From an uncultured delta proteobacterium (GTDB taxonomy: Bacteria > Myxococcota_A > Polyangia > Polyangiales > Polyangiaceae): a stretch of DNA of 64,000 nt. This document shows, piece by piece, positions 1 to 9,863 of this stretch. Within the stretch, counting starts at the first letter, position 1, and every line of letters begins with the position of its first letter. The stretch covers positions 2,313,561 through 2,377,560 of the forward strand of contig CAWIUL010000011.1 in the NCBI GenBank assembly GCA_963839305.1, in the 5' to 3' direction. The position numbers and the translations under genes are program-made. The notes below the pieces were generated by a model that saw nothing but the letters and a program-made list of their open reading frames with translations, was not told the DNA's origin and did no database searches.

Positions 1-642
1 GGGCGTGTATTGGGAGAACAGCTTGCCGCCCCACGGGAACACGTAAAACGCCTGAAACGCCTTCTCGCACGGCGGGAACGTGCCGTAGAGGTGCCCCTTC
101 GCGAACACCGCGGCCTGCCACGTGTACGCCCACTCGTCGGCGCTCCCGTCGCCCTTCTGAAGTACGAAGATCGACGTGAGCGTCGCGGCGAGCGTCGCGA
201 GCGCGAACACGATCACGTCGTGAGTCATCGGCTGCGGGCGCGCGAACCGGAGCGGCTCCGTGTCGATGCGCCGACGGGCGAGCCCGAGCGCGACGCCGAT
301 CCACACGAGGTTGAGCGCGCAGATCTCGGACATCGAGTCGTCGAACCATTCGGGGCATTTCGCGAGGACCCACGCGGCGACCACGGCGACGATGGCGAGC
401 ACGACGCGGCGCATGCTCGCGAGCGCGACGATGACGAAGCACGCCGCGACGGTGAGCGCGGTCTGCGAGACCTTGAGCGGCGGGGTCTTCACGCCGAACC
501 CATGGAGGAACTCGCCGAGGAGCGGAGCGACGATGGCCGACGTGATCGCGAAGAAGAAGAGCGCCCGCGCGAGCGGCCACGTCCTCACCCACGACCACGC
601 GAGCGTCATCAGCATCACGCCGATCGCGATGTGCGCGGCCAT
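1..642 (-). CDS. polytopic integral membrane protein; the stop codon lies left of the window, so the C-terminal part is missing. The start could be ATG at 642 or further upstream
   Basis: A minus-strand reading frame with strong GC3 bias encodes several hydrophobic helices (e.g. FFFAITSAIVAPLLGEF, VLAIVAVVAAWVLA) and runs off the left edge. It is absent from the track only because it has no in-window stop. Confidence 0.5.
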   Translation of the reverse strand, partial: MAAHIAIGVMLMTLAWSWVRTWPLARALFFFAITSAIVAPLLGEFLHGFGVKTPPLKVSQTALTVAACFVIVALASMRRVVLAIVAVVAAWVLAKCPEWFDDSMSEICALNLVWIGVALGLARRRIDTEPLRFARPQPMTHDVIVFALATLAATLTSIFVLQKGDGSADEWAYTWQAAVFAKGHLYGTFPPCEKAFQAFYVFPWGGKLFSQYTP

Positions 643-756
643 GAAGGCGTCGCCGAAGAACGCGGTGTAGGGAGTGTGGACCACCGGAGGCCCGCAAATA
701 CCACGTCCGCGCCCGCTTGCAGCGCTCGCCTTGCCATTCCGAGGACGCTCCGGTAG

Positions 757-1635
757 GTGCTCGCCGTGGCTCTTTGCAAGATCTGCGAGCGACCGGTGCA
801 GCCGCTCGGCAAGAAGTGGGGCGCGTTCCTCGAGCGCGATTTTCACTTCGTGCGATGCGACGCGTGCGGCTTCGTCGCCGTCGAGGACCCGTCCACCGAT
901 TTCGCGAAGCTCTATGGCGAGAGCTACTACGAAGGCCGCGGAGCCGATCCATCCGTCGACTACGCGCGCGAGCTCGCGCGGCCCGATCGGGTCGTACGGG
1001 TCTACGAGTGGCGCGGCATCCTCGAGCTCGTGCGGTCTCGGATGGGCGATCTAAGCGGCAAACGGTGGCTCGACTACGGCAGCGGCGCGGGCGGCCTCGT
1101 CCGTTTCGTGCGCGACGCTGGGATCGACTGCGTCGGCGTCGACACGGGCGCGTACGCCCCACGCGCGCGCGCCGCGGGCGTTCCCATGCTCACGGACGAA
1201 GAGGTCACGAAGATGCCTGGCGCCTTCGACGTCGTGACGCTCGTCGAGGTGATCGAGCACGTCATCGACCCGCTGCCCTTCCTCGAGCGCGTCGCCGCGC
1301 TGCTCCGCCCCGGCGGATTGCTCTTTTTGACGACCGGCAACGCCGCGGCCCACAGGAAGGGTTTCTTCGACTGGTCGTACGTGGTCCCCGAGATCCACGT
1401 CTCGTTCTACACCCCGCGCGCCCTCACCATCGCGTTCGAGCGCCTGGGGTTGACCGCGCTACCGGGCGAGTTCGGGCCCGGGTGGACCGACATCTTGCGG
1501 TTCAAAATCCTGAAGGGGATGCGCGTCCACGAGCGCTCGCGCCTCGAGGCGGCGCTCCCCTGGCCGGTGCTCGCTCGGCTCGCGGATCGACGCTTCAAAG
1601 CGAGCGCGCACCCCCTCGCGCTCAAGCGCTCTTGA
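757..1635 (+). CDS. class I SAM-dependent methyltransferase with an N-terminal CxxC...CxxC zinc-ribbon
   Basis: Track ORF 757..1635. CKICERP...CDACGF zinc ribbon followed by the DYGSGAGG SAM-binding motif. Confidence 0.8.
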   Translation: MLAVALCKICERPVQPLGKKWGAFLERDFHFVRCDACGFVAVEDPSTDFAKLYGESYYEGRGADPSVDYARELARPDRVVRVYEWRGILELVRSRMGDLSGKRWLDYGSGAGGLVRFVRDAGIDCVGVDTGAYAPRARAAGVPMLTDEEVTKMPGAFDVVTLVEVIEHVIDPLPFLERVAALLRPGGLLFLTTGNAAAHRKGFFDWSYVVPEIHVSFYTPRALTIAFERLGLTALPGEFGPGWTDILRFKILKGMRVHERSRLEAALPWPVLARLADRRFKASAHPLALKRS

Positions 1636-1698
1636 GGCTCCGTTCGGCCGAGGCTGCGTTGCTTTGTCACTTCGAGTACGCTACCCGTTCGGGTCTCC

Positions 1699-3189
1699 AT
1701 GCAGCCCAGATTTCACGTGCAGAACGACGTGGCTGGCAGCCCAGACGTGAACACCTCGTGCGTTCTCTGTGGGGGCACTAGGCGGACGTATCTCGTCGTC
1801 GGCGCGCGCGCGCGGATGACTCGCTGCGACGAATGCCAGCTCGTCTTACGGACGGACCAGGGACGGCACACGGCGCGCGCGGAGTCCTTCGGTTTGGACG
1901 ATGACAGCGAGCGCACCATCCGAGCGATGCTGCTCGGCAAGGGCACCGCGCGCCGCAAGGTGCTCGCAATCGTCGACGGGGACAACACGCACGCGCGCTT
2001 GCGCGAAGACCCTCGCCTCGACGTCACGCTGACGACGACCGCGGAGCTCGACTCGACGCCGGTCGGAGCGTTCGACGCCGCGTTCGTGAACGGCTCCATC
2101 GAGTCGTTCAATCCGCGCGGCGTGATGAAGCGCGTGCGCGCCTCGTTGAAGCCGGGCGGCGATCTCGTCATCGTCGTGGCGGAGTGGTCGCTCCAGAAGC
2201 CGAAGCTCCCGCGCTACGCGTTCAGCGCCGTGCCGCTCACGCGCCTCACGCTCGAGGCCGGGTTCCGAACGGTCTCGTGCGGTGTCCTCTCACGGTCGAT
2301 GGAGACCGCGCCGACGGACGAGCGCCTCGCCGCCGACCACATCCCGCTCGAGAAGATGGCGCGCGTCCTCGAGGCCGTCGGCAAGCGCGTCGAGGTGCCG
2401 ACGGGGCTGCTCGTCATGCACGCGCGCGCCGAAGCGCCGCCGGCCCGTCCGATGCTCTCGATCATCATGCCGGTGTTCAACGAGTCGAAGACGTTCGCGG
2501 ACACGTTCGAGCACGTCTACGCGGCGCACGTTCCCGGCGTCGATCGCGAGATCGTGATCGTGGAGAGCAACTCCACCGACGGTTCGCGCGATCTCGTGCG
2601 CAAGGTCGAGGGGCGCGAGGGCGTCGTCGTCCTCTACGAAGAAAACCCGCAAGGAAAAGGCCACGCGGTGCGCGCGGGCATCGAGGCGTCGAAGGGCGAC
2701 TACATCCTCATCCAAGACGCGGACAGCGAGTACGACGTGGGCGACTACGACATCGTCCTCGGTCCGCTCATCGAGCACCACGCCACGTTCGTGCTCGGCT
2801 CGCGCCACCTCGGCGGGCGCACGTGGAAGATCCGCTCGTTCGCCAACCAGAAGCTCCTCTCGTACGTGATGAACATCGCGCACGAGTCGTTCACGGCGCT
2901 CGCGAACGCGCTCTACCTCACCGAGATGCGCGACCCGACCACGATGTACAAGGTCTTCCGGCGCGACGCGTACGAGGGCATTCGCTTCACGCGTGATCGC
3001 TTCGACTTCGACTGGGAGCTCGTGTGCAAGCTCGTGCGCCGCGGGCACGTCCCCGTCGAGGTGCCCGTGAACTACCGCTCGCGCTCGTACGCCGAGGGCA
3101 AGAAGGTACGCTTCCTCCAAGACCCGCTCACGTGGCTCGAGACGATCGTCGCGAGCCGCTTCGAGCCGCTGGCCGAGGAAGAAGAGTAG
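1699..3189 (+). CDS. fusion protein: zinc-ribbon/methyltransferase-like N-terminal domain plus a family-2 glycosyltransferase (GT2) C-terminal domain
   Basis: Track ORF 1699..3189. N-terminal CVLCGG...CDEC ribbon. C-terminal SIIMPVFNE ... QDADSEYD (DxD) GT2 signature. Confidence 0.8.
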   Translation: MQPRFHVQNDVAGSPDVNTSCVLCGGTRRTYLVVGARARMTRCDECQLVLRTDQGRHTARAESFGLDDDSERTIRAMLLGKGTARRKVLAIVDGDNTHARLREDPRLDVTLTTTAELDSTPVGAFDAAFVNGSIESFNPRGVMKRVRASLKPGGDLVIVVAEWSLQKPKLPRYAFSAVPLTRLTLEAGFRTVSCGVLSRSMETAPTDERLAADHIPLEKMARVLEAVGKRVEVPTGLLVMHARAEAPPARPMLSIIMPVFNESKTFADTFEHVYAAHVPGVDREIVIVESNSTDGSRDLVRKVEGREGVVVLYEENPQGKGHAVRAGIEASKGDYILIQDADSEYDVGDYDIVLGPLIEHHATFVLGSRHLGGRTWKIRSFANQKLLSYVMNIAHESFTALANALYLTEMRDPTTMYKVFRRDAYEGIRFTRDRFDFDWELVCKLVRRGHVPVEVPVNYRSRSYAEGKKVRFLQDPLTWLETIVASRFEPLAEEEE

Positions 3190-3198
3190 CGCTCGGCG

Positions 3199-4845
3199 CT
3201 ACGGCGAAAGCGGCGTGCCGAAGCCCGGTGCCGGCGGCGAGACGGCCTTGTAGGCCGCGCGCGACTCGGAGAGCCACATCAACGCGGGATCGTCGAGCGA
3301 TCGATCGAAGCTGAAGCGAACGCGCGCCGGCGCCGTGGTGCCGTCGGAGAGGACCTCCGCGCGCATTCCCGGGACCTCGCGCACGTCACCCGTGTGGAGC
3401 GCGTCGTCTTCGCGCCGGAAGATGTCGTCGGCCCCTAGCGGAAAAAAACCCTGGCCCTTCGGGACGACGACGTCGGCCGTGCGATCATCGACGCGGAGCA
3501 CGAGCGCGTGCCGCGCGGTGACGAGCACGCGCCATGGAATGCGCCGCGGCGTCGGCGAGGGCGGGAGCGTCAGCCCGAAGAACGCCGACTCCCAGCTCCC
3601 GAGCGCGACGATGACCGCGCTCGGCTCGTGCCCGCGGAGATGGTCGTCCAGCGATGCCGCGCGCGCCTTTGCGTCCTCGCCGAGCCTTCGATACGCCGCG
3701 CTCTCGCGGAGCGACGAGCGCACCGCGACTGCGCCGTGGAGCACCACGACGAGCCCCGCGATCGCCGCGTAGTGCAGGCGAACGGGCTTCGACGCCGCAA
3801 AATCGACGAGCCATCCGAGCGCGCCGGCGACGCCAATCAGCATCGGCCCCGTGAGCCTCTGCCCCGGCGTCGACGCGAGCAGCGGGAGAGCCGCGAGGAG
3901 CGAGCCGCCCGCGAGCCAACGAACGTTTCCCGTGAACGACTTCGCGACGAGCGCGAGCAGCGCCGCGGCGACGACGACGAGCCCGGCGAGCGGCCAGAGC
4001 GACGCGTCGAACGACGTCCACGCGTCGGCCCAGAGGACGAGGAGCGAACGCGGCGCGTGCGCGAAGAACTGCGCCGGCGAGTGGAGTGGATCTCGATAGA
4101 ACCCCGTGCCGATCGCGCCGTAGCCGAGGAGCGCGCGGACGACGACGTAGATCGTCGCGGGCACGGCGAACGGCAAGAGCGCGCGCGCCCGCTCGCGCGC
4201 GCTCGGACGGGTCATCGCCCACGCGACCGCGTAGCCGCCGAAAGAGAGCGCATACTCGCCAGCCGAGAGCGCGACCGCGAAGAACGCCGCAGACAAAATC
4301 GGCGACGCGCCCTTCGGCCGAACGCCGAAGGCGACGCCGAGCGCGCCGAACGTCGTCGCGACGAGCACCTCGCGCTGAGCGAGGAGCGCGAGGGGAAGCA
4401 CGTGCGCCGGCGCGAGCGCGAAGATCCAAGTCGCGATCGTCGCCGCGCGCTCGCCGAGCAAGAGTCGAAAGAGCCACCCGGTCGCGACGACCGCCGCGGC
4501 CCACCACAAGAGCGAATGGACATGCATCGCGAGCGGCGAGCCGACGAAGCGGTGCTCGAAGAAGAGCATCGCGGACGCGAGCGGCCGAAAGAACCTCAGG
4601 CTCAGGTCGTCGGCGGCCCACCACGGCAGCGCGCCCGACGCGACGAAAGCGGCGCGCTCGCTCGGGCGGATGAAGTCGTAGAGGTCGAGCGGACCGCGCG
4701 GCGCGGGGTACGAGCCGAGCGCCATCGCGCGTTGAAGGAGGTCGTCGCGGAAGAGCGGCGTGGCGACCGCCCTCGCGAAGACCGCTGCGCCGACGGGGAG
4801 CGAAAACCACGCTCCTGCGCGCCAGAGGCCCTCGCGACGCATCAT
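3199..4845 (-). CDS. large polytopic membrane protein, putative GT-C-type glycosyltransferase / glycan-assembly membrane protein
   Basis: Track ORF 3199..4845 (548 aa). More than 10 predicted TM helices in the N-terminal two thirds, then a C-terminal soluble domain. Convergent with the GT2 gene. Confidence 0.6.
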   Translation of the reverse strand: MMRREGLWRAGAWFSLPVGAAVFARAVATPLFRDDLLQRAMALGSYPAPRGPLDLYDFIRPSERAAFVASGALPWWAADDLSLRFFRPLASAMLFFEHRFVGSPLAMHVHSLLWWAAAVVATGWLFRLLLGERAATIATWIFALAPAHVLPLALLAQREVLVATTFGALGVAFGVRPKGASPILSAAFFAVALSAGEYALSFGGYAVAWAMTRPSARERARALLPFAVPATIYVVVRALLGYGAIGTGFYRDPLHSPAQFFAHAPRSLLVLWADAWTSFDASLWPLAGLVVVAAALLALVAKSFTGNVRWLAGGSLLAALPLLASTPGQRLTGPMLIGVAGALGWLVDFAASKPVRLHYAAIAGLVVVLHGAVAVRSSLRESAAYRRLGEDAKARAASLDDHLRGHEPSAVIVALGSWESAFFGLTLPPSPTPRRIPWRVLVTARHALVLRVDDRTADVVVPKGQGFFPLGADDIFRREDDALHTGDVREVPGMRAEVLSDGTTAPARVRFSFDRSLDDPALMWLSESRAAYKAVSPPAPGFGTPLSP

Positions 4846-4883
4846 CGCGTACGAAAGTACACCGCTGGCGTAACCTTGGACCC

Positions 4884-6289
4884 ATGATCCGCATCGAGTT
4901 CGTCGGCGCCGCGCAGACCGTCACTGGAAGCAAACACCTCGTGCACACCGAGCACGCGACCGTGCTCCTCGACTGCGGCCTCTTCCAAGGACGGCGGCGC
5001 GAATCCACGAGGCCAACAAGTCGCTCGGGTTCCGCGCGAGCGACATCGACGTCGCCGTGCTCTCGCACGCGCACATCGATCACTCCGGTTCGCTGCCGAT
5101 GCTCTGCAAGGACGGCTTCGACGGGACGATCTACGCGACGCCCGCGACGCGCGACCTGTGCGCCGTGATGCTCGAGGACGCCGCGGCGATCCAGAAACAA
5201 GATGCAGACTACATCAATCGCGCGATCGAGCGCGATCACGCCGACATGGAGCCCGTCGAACCGCTCTATGAGGCGAGCGACGTCGTGACGGTGCTCGAGC
5301 GGATGATCTCGGTGCCGTACGCGCGCACCGTGCACATCGCCGACGGCGTGAAGCTCACGTTCCACGACGCGGGCCACGTGCTCGGGAGCGCGGTCGTCGT
5401 GCTCGACGTCGACGACGAGGGCACGAAGAAGCGCATCGTCTTCACGGGCGATCTCGGGCGCACGCGCATCCCGATCCTTCGCGATCCGGAGTCGGTCGAC
5501 GGCGCGCTCGTCCTCGTCAGCGAGAGCACGTACGGCGACCGCCTCCACCCGCCGCTCGAGGCGATGGACGAGGCAGTCGTGTCGCTCATCAAGCGCGTCT
5601 ACGACCGCGGCGGCAAGCTCATCGTCCCGTCGTTCGCGCTCGAGCGCGCGCAGGAGGTCGTCTACGCGATCAAGCGCCTGCGCATGAAGAAGCTCATCCC
5701 GCAGATCCCCGTCTACGTCGACTCGCCGCTCACGGTGAAGATCACCGACGTCTTCAAGATGCACCCCGAGTGCTACGACGAGGAGACGCGCGCGCTCATC
5801 GCGGGGCGCGAGTCGCCGTTCGAGTTCGACGACCTGCACTACGTGTCCGACAAAGAGGACAGCAAGGCGCTCGACGCGTCGAACAAGCCGGCGATCATCA
5901 TCTCCGCGAGCGGCATGTGCGAGGCGGGACGCGTGCTGCACCACCTCAAGGCGTCGATCGAGGATCCGAAGAACGCGGTCATGATCGTCGGCTTCCAGGC
6001 CCCGCACACGCTCGGCCGCCGCATCGTCGAGCGCCGGCAGCGCGTGAAGATCTTCGGCGTCGAGCGCGAGCTACGCGCCGAGGTCGCGGTGATGAACGGC
6101 TTCTCCGCGCACGCCGATCAGAAAGACCTCGTCGCGTACGCCGTGCACACGAAAGAAACTGGCCCGCTCGATCAGGTGATCCTGGTGCACGGCGAGCCCG
6201 GCCCGCAGAAGGTCCTCAAGGAAAAGCTCGCGGAGCGCGGGATCACCAAGGTCTCGAACCCGAAGCCGGGCGACGTCATCGACGTTTAA
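4884..6289 (+). CDS. MBL-fold metallo-hydrolase of the beta-CASP RNA-metabolising type, frameshifted after codon ~35
   Basis: Track ORF 4884..5168 encodes the conserved N-terminus [20 protein letters not shown]...LLDCGLFQG. Track ORF 5057..6289 in another frame carries the rest (HAHIDHSG, beta-CASP region). The junction is near 4985-5010. Confidence 0.8.
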
Positions 6290-6864
6290 ACCAGGCACTC
6301 GCGCAGCATCTCCAGCATCCGGTACGTGAGGCCCCACACGATGTTGCCGTCGACGTCGAGCGCGGGGAGGAGCAGGTCGACGCCGTCGCGCTTCCATCGG
6401 AACTTGGTCGTGTTGTCGCCGCGGAGGACCGGCTCGAGCGGGGCCCACACCGCGGCGGCCACCTCGTGATTGAGCGTGAGCTCGGCGGGCTTGTCGAGCG
6501 CGAAGAGGAACGCCGTCACCGTCAGCGGGTGCGGCATCGCCGAGTACGGCGCGAGATCGGGCAGGCGTCCCACGGGGCGCGCGAGCGACGTGAGGTCGAC
6601 GCCGACCTCTTCGAGCGTCTCTCGCTGCGCGGTGTGGAGCAGCGTCGCGTCCGCGGGGTCGCGCCGGCCGCCCGGAAACGCCATGTGACCCGACCACGGA
6701 TCGCTCTCGCGCTCGGCGCGCTTGATGAAGAGGATCTCGGAGCGACCTTCGTGCTCGCGCATGATCGCGGCGACCGCCGCGCGTAGGCCCGTCGCGTCGT
6801 CGGCGCGCGGCGAGAGCGCGTCGCGGGCGTCGAGCTTTCGGAGGATCTCTGCGAGGGCCGCCAC
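6286..6864 (-). CDS. NUDIX hydrolase (CoA pyrophosphatase-like)
   Basis: C-terminal 192 aa of track ORF 6286..8709 contain the Nudix box GHMAFPGGRRD...RETLEEVGV. The upstream part of that ORF is an R/E-rich artefact. Probable GTG start. Confidence 0.8.
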   Translation of the reverse strand: MAALAEILRKLDARDALSPRADDATGLRAAVAAIMREHEGRSEILFIKRAERESDPWSGHMAFPGGRRDPADATLLHTAQRETLEEVGVDLTSLARPVGRLPDLAPYSAMPHPLTVTAFLFALDKPAELTLNHEVAAAVWAPLEPVLRGDNTTKFRWKRDGVDLLLPALDVDGNIVWGLTYRMLEMLRECLV

Positions 6865-6885
6865 GGTTACTGATATGCTCGACCC

Positions 6886-7365
6886 ATGAAATTCGGCAAG
6901 CTCCTCGCAATCGGCGCGCTCGCGGCCTGCAGCGGTACGCCGACCAACTTCGCGGGCTCGTACACCGTCGCCGTCACGAATCAGGCGAACACGTGCGGGT
7001 TCGCGAACTGGCAGGATGGCAACACGACCTCGGCGATCCCCGTGACGTTCACGCAAGACGGCTCGACCGCGCAGCTCAACATCCAAGGTCTCGTGGGCGC
7101 ATACGTCGCGCTCATCACCGGCTCGAGCTCGATTCAAGGCACCGTGAGCGGCGACACGTTCACGGGCGAGTACCTCGGCACGAAGGCGGTCACGCAGAAC
7201 GCGTGCAGCTACACCGTGAACATGAAAGTCGTCGCGACGCTCGCGAACAACGTCCTCAGCGGAACGCTCTCGTACACGCCCATCACGAACGGAGACCCGT
7301 CGTGCGGCACGCTCAACGCGTGCAGCAACTCGCAGACCGTCTCGGGCAACAAGACTGGCCCCTGA
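6886..7365 (+). CDS. small secreted lipoprotein
   Basis: Track ORF. Signal peptide with lipobox LAACSG, Cys-containing mature part, normal GC3. Confidence 0.6.
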   Translation: MKFGKLLAIGALAACSGTPTNFAGSYTVAVTNQANTCGFANWQDGNTTSAIPVTFTQDGSTAQLNIQGLVGAYVALITGSSSIQGTVSGDTFTGEYLGTKAVTQNACSYTVNMKVVATLANNVLSGTLSYTPITNGDPSCGTLNACSNSQTVSGNKTGP

Positions 7366-7419
7366 TTTCCCATAAGTTCTCCACAACTTGGTGTCTTGCG
7401 CCCTGAAAACAGCGCTCGT

Positions 7420-8067
7420 ATGAGCCGGCGCATGATCAAAACCAAAGTGGACGCCGAGCTCGCTGACGCGGAGGTCGCACACCAAAACGATCCTGAACGC
7501 GCCGAGCTCATCGCGCGCGCGCGCCGCTTCAAGGCGAGCTGGCTCGAGCTCGCCGAAGCGCTGACGCACGTTCGCAAGAACGACACGTGGAAGAACTGGG
7601 GCTTCGAGTCGTTCGAGCAGTACGCGTCGCGCGAGCTCAAGCTGCGACAAGAGACCGTCGAGAAGCTCACCGGCTCGTACGCGTTCTTGCAGCGCCGCGC
7701 GCCCGCGGTGCTGAAGCGCGACGGCGTGATCGATTCGATCCCGAGCTACCAGGCCGTCGATTTCTTGCGACGCGCCGAAGAGCAAGACGGCGCGCCCGAA
7801 GAGGCCGTCGTCGCGATCCGCAAGAAGGTTCTCGAGGAGGGCGTCCCGCTCCCGTCGGTCTCGCGCGAGTACAAGGACGTCGTCTTTCCGATCGACGACG
7901 ACACGCGCGACAAGCGTGACAAGACGGCGCTCCGCCACGCGGCGCACAAGCTCAAGGACGCGCTGGCGTCGACTCGCGCGGTCCCGAAGCACCTCGCGAG
8001 CGACGTCACCGCGAAACTGGACGAGCTGCTCGAGGCGATCGCGGAGACGAAGAAGCGCGCCGCATAA
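7420..8067 (+). CDS. hypothetical cytoplasmic protein
   Basis: Track ORF 7396..8067. Coherent codon usage, no recognisable domain. The first ATGs lie at 7396/7420/7432. Confidence 0.5.
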   Translation: MSRRMIKTKVDAELADAEVAHQNDPERAELIARARRFKASWLELAEALTHVRKNDTWKNWGFESFEQYASRELKLRQETVEKLTGSYAFLQRRAPAVLKRDGVIDSIPSYQAVDFLRRAEEQDGAPEEAVVAIRKKVLEEGVPLPSVSREYKDVVFPIDDDTRDKRDKTALRHAAHKLKDALASTRAVPKHLASDVTAKLDELLEAIAETKKRAA

Positions 8068-8079
8068 TTCTTGTGCTAG

Positions 8080-8880
8080 TTGGAGCGCGTGCCGCTCGCG
8101 ATCGCGCTCCTGCTTGGTGTCGTCGAAGGGTTGACCGAATACCTGCCCGTCTCGTCGACGGGCCACCTCGTGCTCGTCTCGCGCGCCCTCGGCCGGCAGG
8201 CGGGCTCGTTCGAGATCGTGATCCAGCTCGGCGCGATCCTCGCCGTCGTCGTGCACTACCGCGAGCTCTTCGCCCGGCACAGCGCGGGGGCGCTCGCGCG
8301 GCGTGAGGACTCGCTCCGCCTCCTCACGGCGCTCGCCGTCGGCTTCTTGCCCGTCGCGATCATCGGCAAGCTCGCGGGCCACGCCATCAAGGAGCACCTC
8401 TTCGCGCCGAAGCCGATCGCGATCGCGCTCGCGGTCGGCGGCCTCGTCATGATCGGCGTCGAGCAGTGGCGCACGAGGCGCCAGGTGCTCGGCGAAGAGG
8501 GCCTCCAGCACGTCACGCCGAAGCGTGCACTCTACATCGGTATCGGCCAGTGCTTCGCGCTCTTCCCCGGCGCGTCGCGCTCGATGTGCACGATCGTCGC
8601 CGGTCAGGTCGCGGGCCTCTCGACCGCGACCGCCGCGGAGTTCTCGTTCCTGCTCGGAGTCCCGACGCTCGGCGCGGCGACGCTCTACGAGGGCTTCAAG
8701 TCGCGCCACGAGCTCATGACGGACATTGGCGCTCCCGCGGTCGCCATCGGGCTCGTCACGTCGTTCGTCGTGGCGTGGGCGGTCGTGGCGACGTTCCTGC
8801 GGTACCTCAAGTCGTACGGCCTCCAGCCCTTCGGCGTTTATCGCGTCCTTCTCGCCCTAGCCGTTTTGCGGTTCATGTAG
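8080..8880 (+). CDS. uppP: undecaprenyl-diphosphate phosphatase
   Basis: Track ORF. Hallmark VEGLTEYLPVSSTGHL and 8 TM helices. Confidence 0.9.
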   Translation: MERVPLAIALLLGVVEGLTEYLPVSSTGHLVLVSRALGRQAGSFEIVIQLGAILAVVVHYRELFARHSAGALARREDSLRLLTALAVGFLPVAIIGKLAGHAIKEHLFAPKPIAIALAVGGLVMIGVEQWRTRRQVLGEEGLQHVTPKRALYIGIGQCFALFPGASRSMCTIVAGQVAGLSTATAAEFSFLLGVPTLGAATLYEGFKSRHELMTDIGAPAVAIGLVTSFVVAWAVVATFLRYLKSYGLQPFGVYRVLLALAVLRFM

Positions 8881-8928
8881 GGGCGAGGGAAGGCTGGAAC
8901 TTGCTCGCGGCTCGTCTGTCCGAATTTC

Positions 8929-9573
8929 GTGATCGACGAGGCGCTGCTATGGCGCGACAGTGGCGATGACATGGAAGGCGCCGAGCTCGAAGAAAAGCTG
9001 CTCGAGCGCCTGCGCGCGCACGACGAGCGCGCTTTCAACGAGCTCGTGAAGACCTACGAGCGACGTGTGTTCGGCCTCGTCTTCCGCATGCTCGGCAATC
9101 GCGCCGAGGCCGAGGACCTCTCCCAAGAGGTCTTCGTGCAGGTCTTCAAGGCCATCGGCACGTTCCGCGGCGAGTCGAAGCTGTCCACCTGGATTTATCG
9201 CATCGCAGTGAACCTCTGTAAGAACCGCGCGAAGTACCTGCGCGTCCGCCACGCGGGCGAGCAAGACGAGCTGGACGAGGTCGCCGACCGCCTGCCCCTC
9301 TCGCAGGCGCGCAACGCGAACGTGGCTCAGGTGGCCCGCCCGGACGAGGCGATGGCCGGCCGCCAGGTGGAGGAGATCGTGCGTCAGGCGATCGCCGAGG
9401 TCGACGAGAACTTCCGCGAATGCCTCATTCTCTGCGACGTGGAAGAATTGTCTTACGAGGAGATCGCCGAGATCACGCAGCTTCCCGCAGGCACCGTGAA
9501 GAGCCGCATTTTTCGAGCGCGGGCGCAGCTCCGCGAGCTCGTCGAGCGCAAGCTCGGAGAGAAGATCGGATGA
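8929..9573 (+). CDS. ECF (sigma-70 family group 4) RNA polymerase sigma factor
   Basis: Track ORF. Region 2 (LSQEVFVQVFK...STWIYRIAVN) and region 4 (SYEEIAEITQLPAGTVKSRIFRA). The start may instead be the internal ATG at ~8971. Confidence 0.85.
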   Translation: MIDEALLWRDSGDDMEGAELEEKLLERLRAHDERAFNELVKTYERRVFGLVFRMLGNRAEAEDLSQEVFVQVFKAIGTFRGESKLSTWIYRIAVNLCKNRAKYLRVRHAGEQDELDEVADRLPLSQARNANVAQVARPDEAMAGRQVEEIVRQAIAEVDENFRECLILCDVEELSYEEIAEITQLPAGTVKSRIFRARAQLRELVERKLGEKIG

Positions 9574-9863
9574 GCGAGCAGGACGAAAAAGAAGACAAGT
9601 CGCTCGCACAGAGCGCGAGCGCAGATGACGAGGTGATGCGCGATCTCCTCAAGCGATCGCTCGCGCCCGCGACCGCTCCGGACAAACCCGTGCTCCGCGA
9701 GGTGCAGCGGAAGATCCGGCAGCGGTCGAAGGGCAAGTTCTTCAGCGACGGGTGGAGCACCGCCGCGAGCAAGGTGAACTACGCGCTCGTGGCGGTCGTG
9801 ATGCTGCTCATCGTCGCGATCGCTTACTTCGCGCTCGGGCCGATGGGGTTCACGAGCAGGTGA
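9570..9863 (+). CDS. membrane-anchored anti-sigma factor
   Basis: ATG overlaps the sigma stop (ATGA). 97 aa with a single C-terminal TM helix. It is the internal Met of track ORF 9420..9863. Confidence 0.6.
   Translation: MSEQDEKEDKSLAQSASADDEVMRDLLKRSLAPATAPDKPVLREVQRKIRQRSKGKFFSDGWSTAASKVNYALVAVVMLLIVAIAYFALGPMGFTSR

Noticed and set aside
10-756. 248-aa + strand ORF rich in R/E/H/D
   Set aside because: It lies antisense to a well-formed membrane-protein frame with proper GC3 bias. The composition is typical of off-frame translation in 70% GC DNA.
3485-6007. 840-aa minus-strand ORF
   Set aside because: Arg/Ala-rich nonsense antisense to the MBL hydrolase and membrane-protein genes. No domain-like segments.
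6865-8709. N-terminal 600 aa of the 807-aa minus-strand ORF containing the NUDIX gene
   Set aside because: Only the last 192 aa are NUDIX-like. Upstream is RE-rich read-through antisense to uppP and the 7420 gene.
8893-8925. ECF-type promoter GGAACTT...GTCTG
   Set aside because: Kept only as a weak note in the findings. The spacer is about 11 nt, not the canonical 16-17, so it is not listed as a feature.
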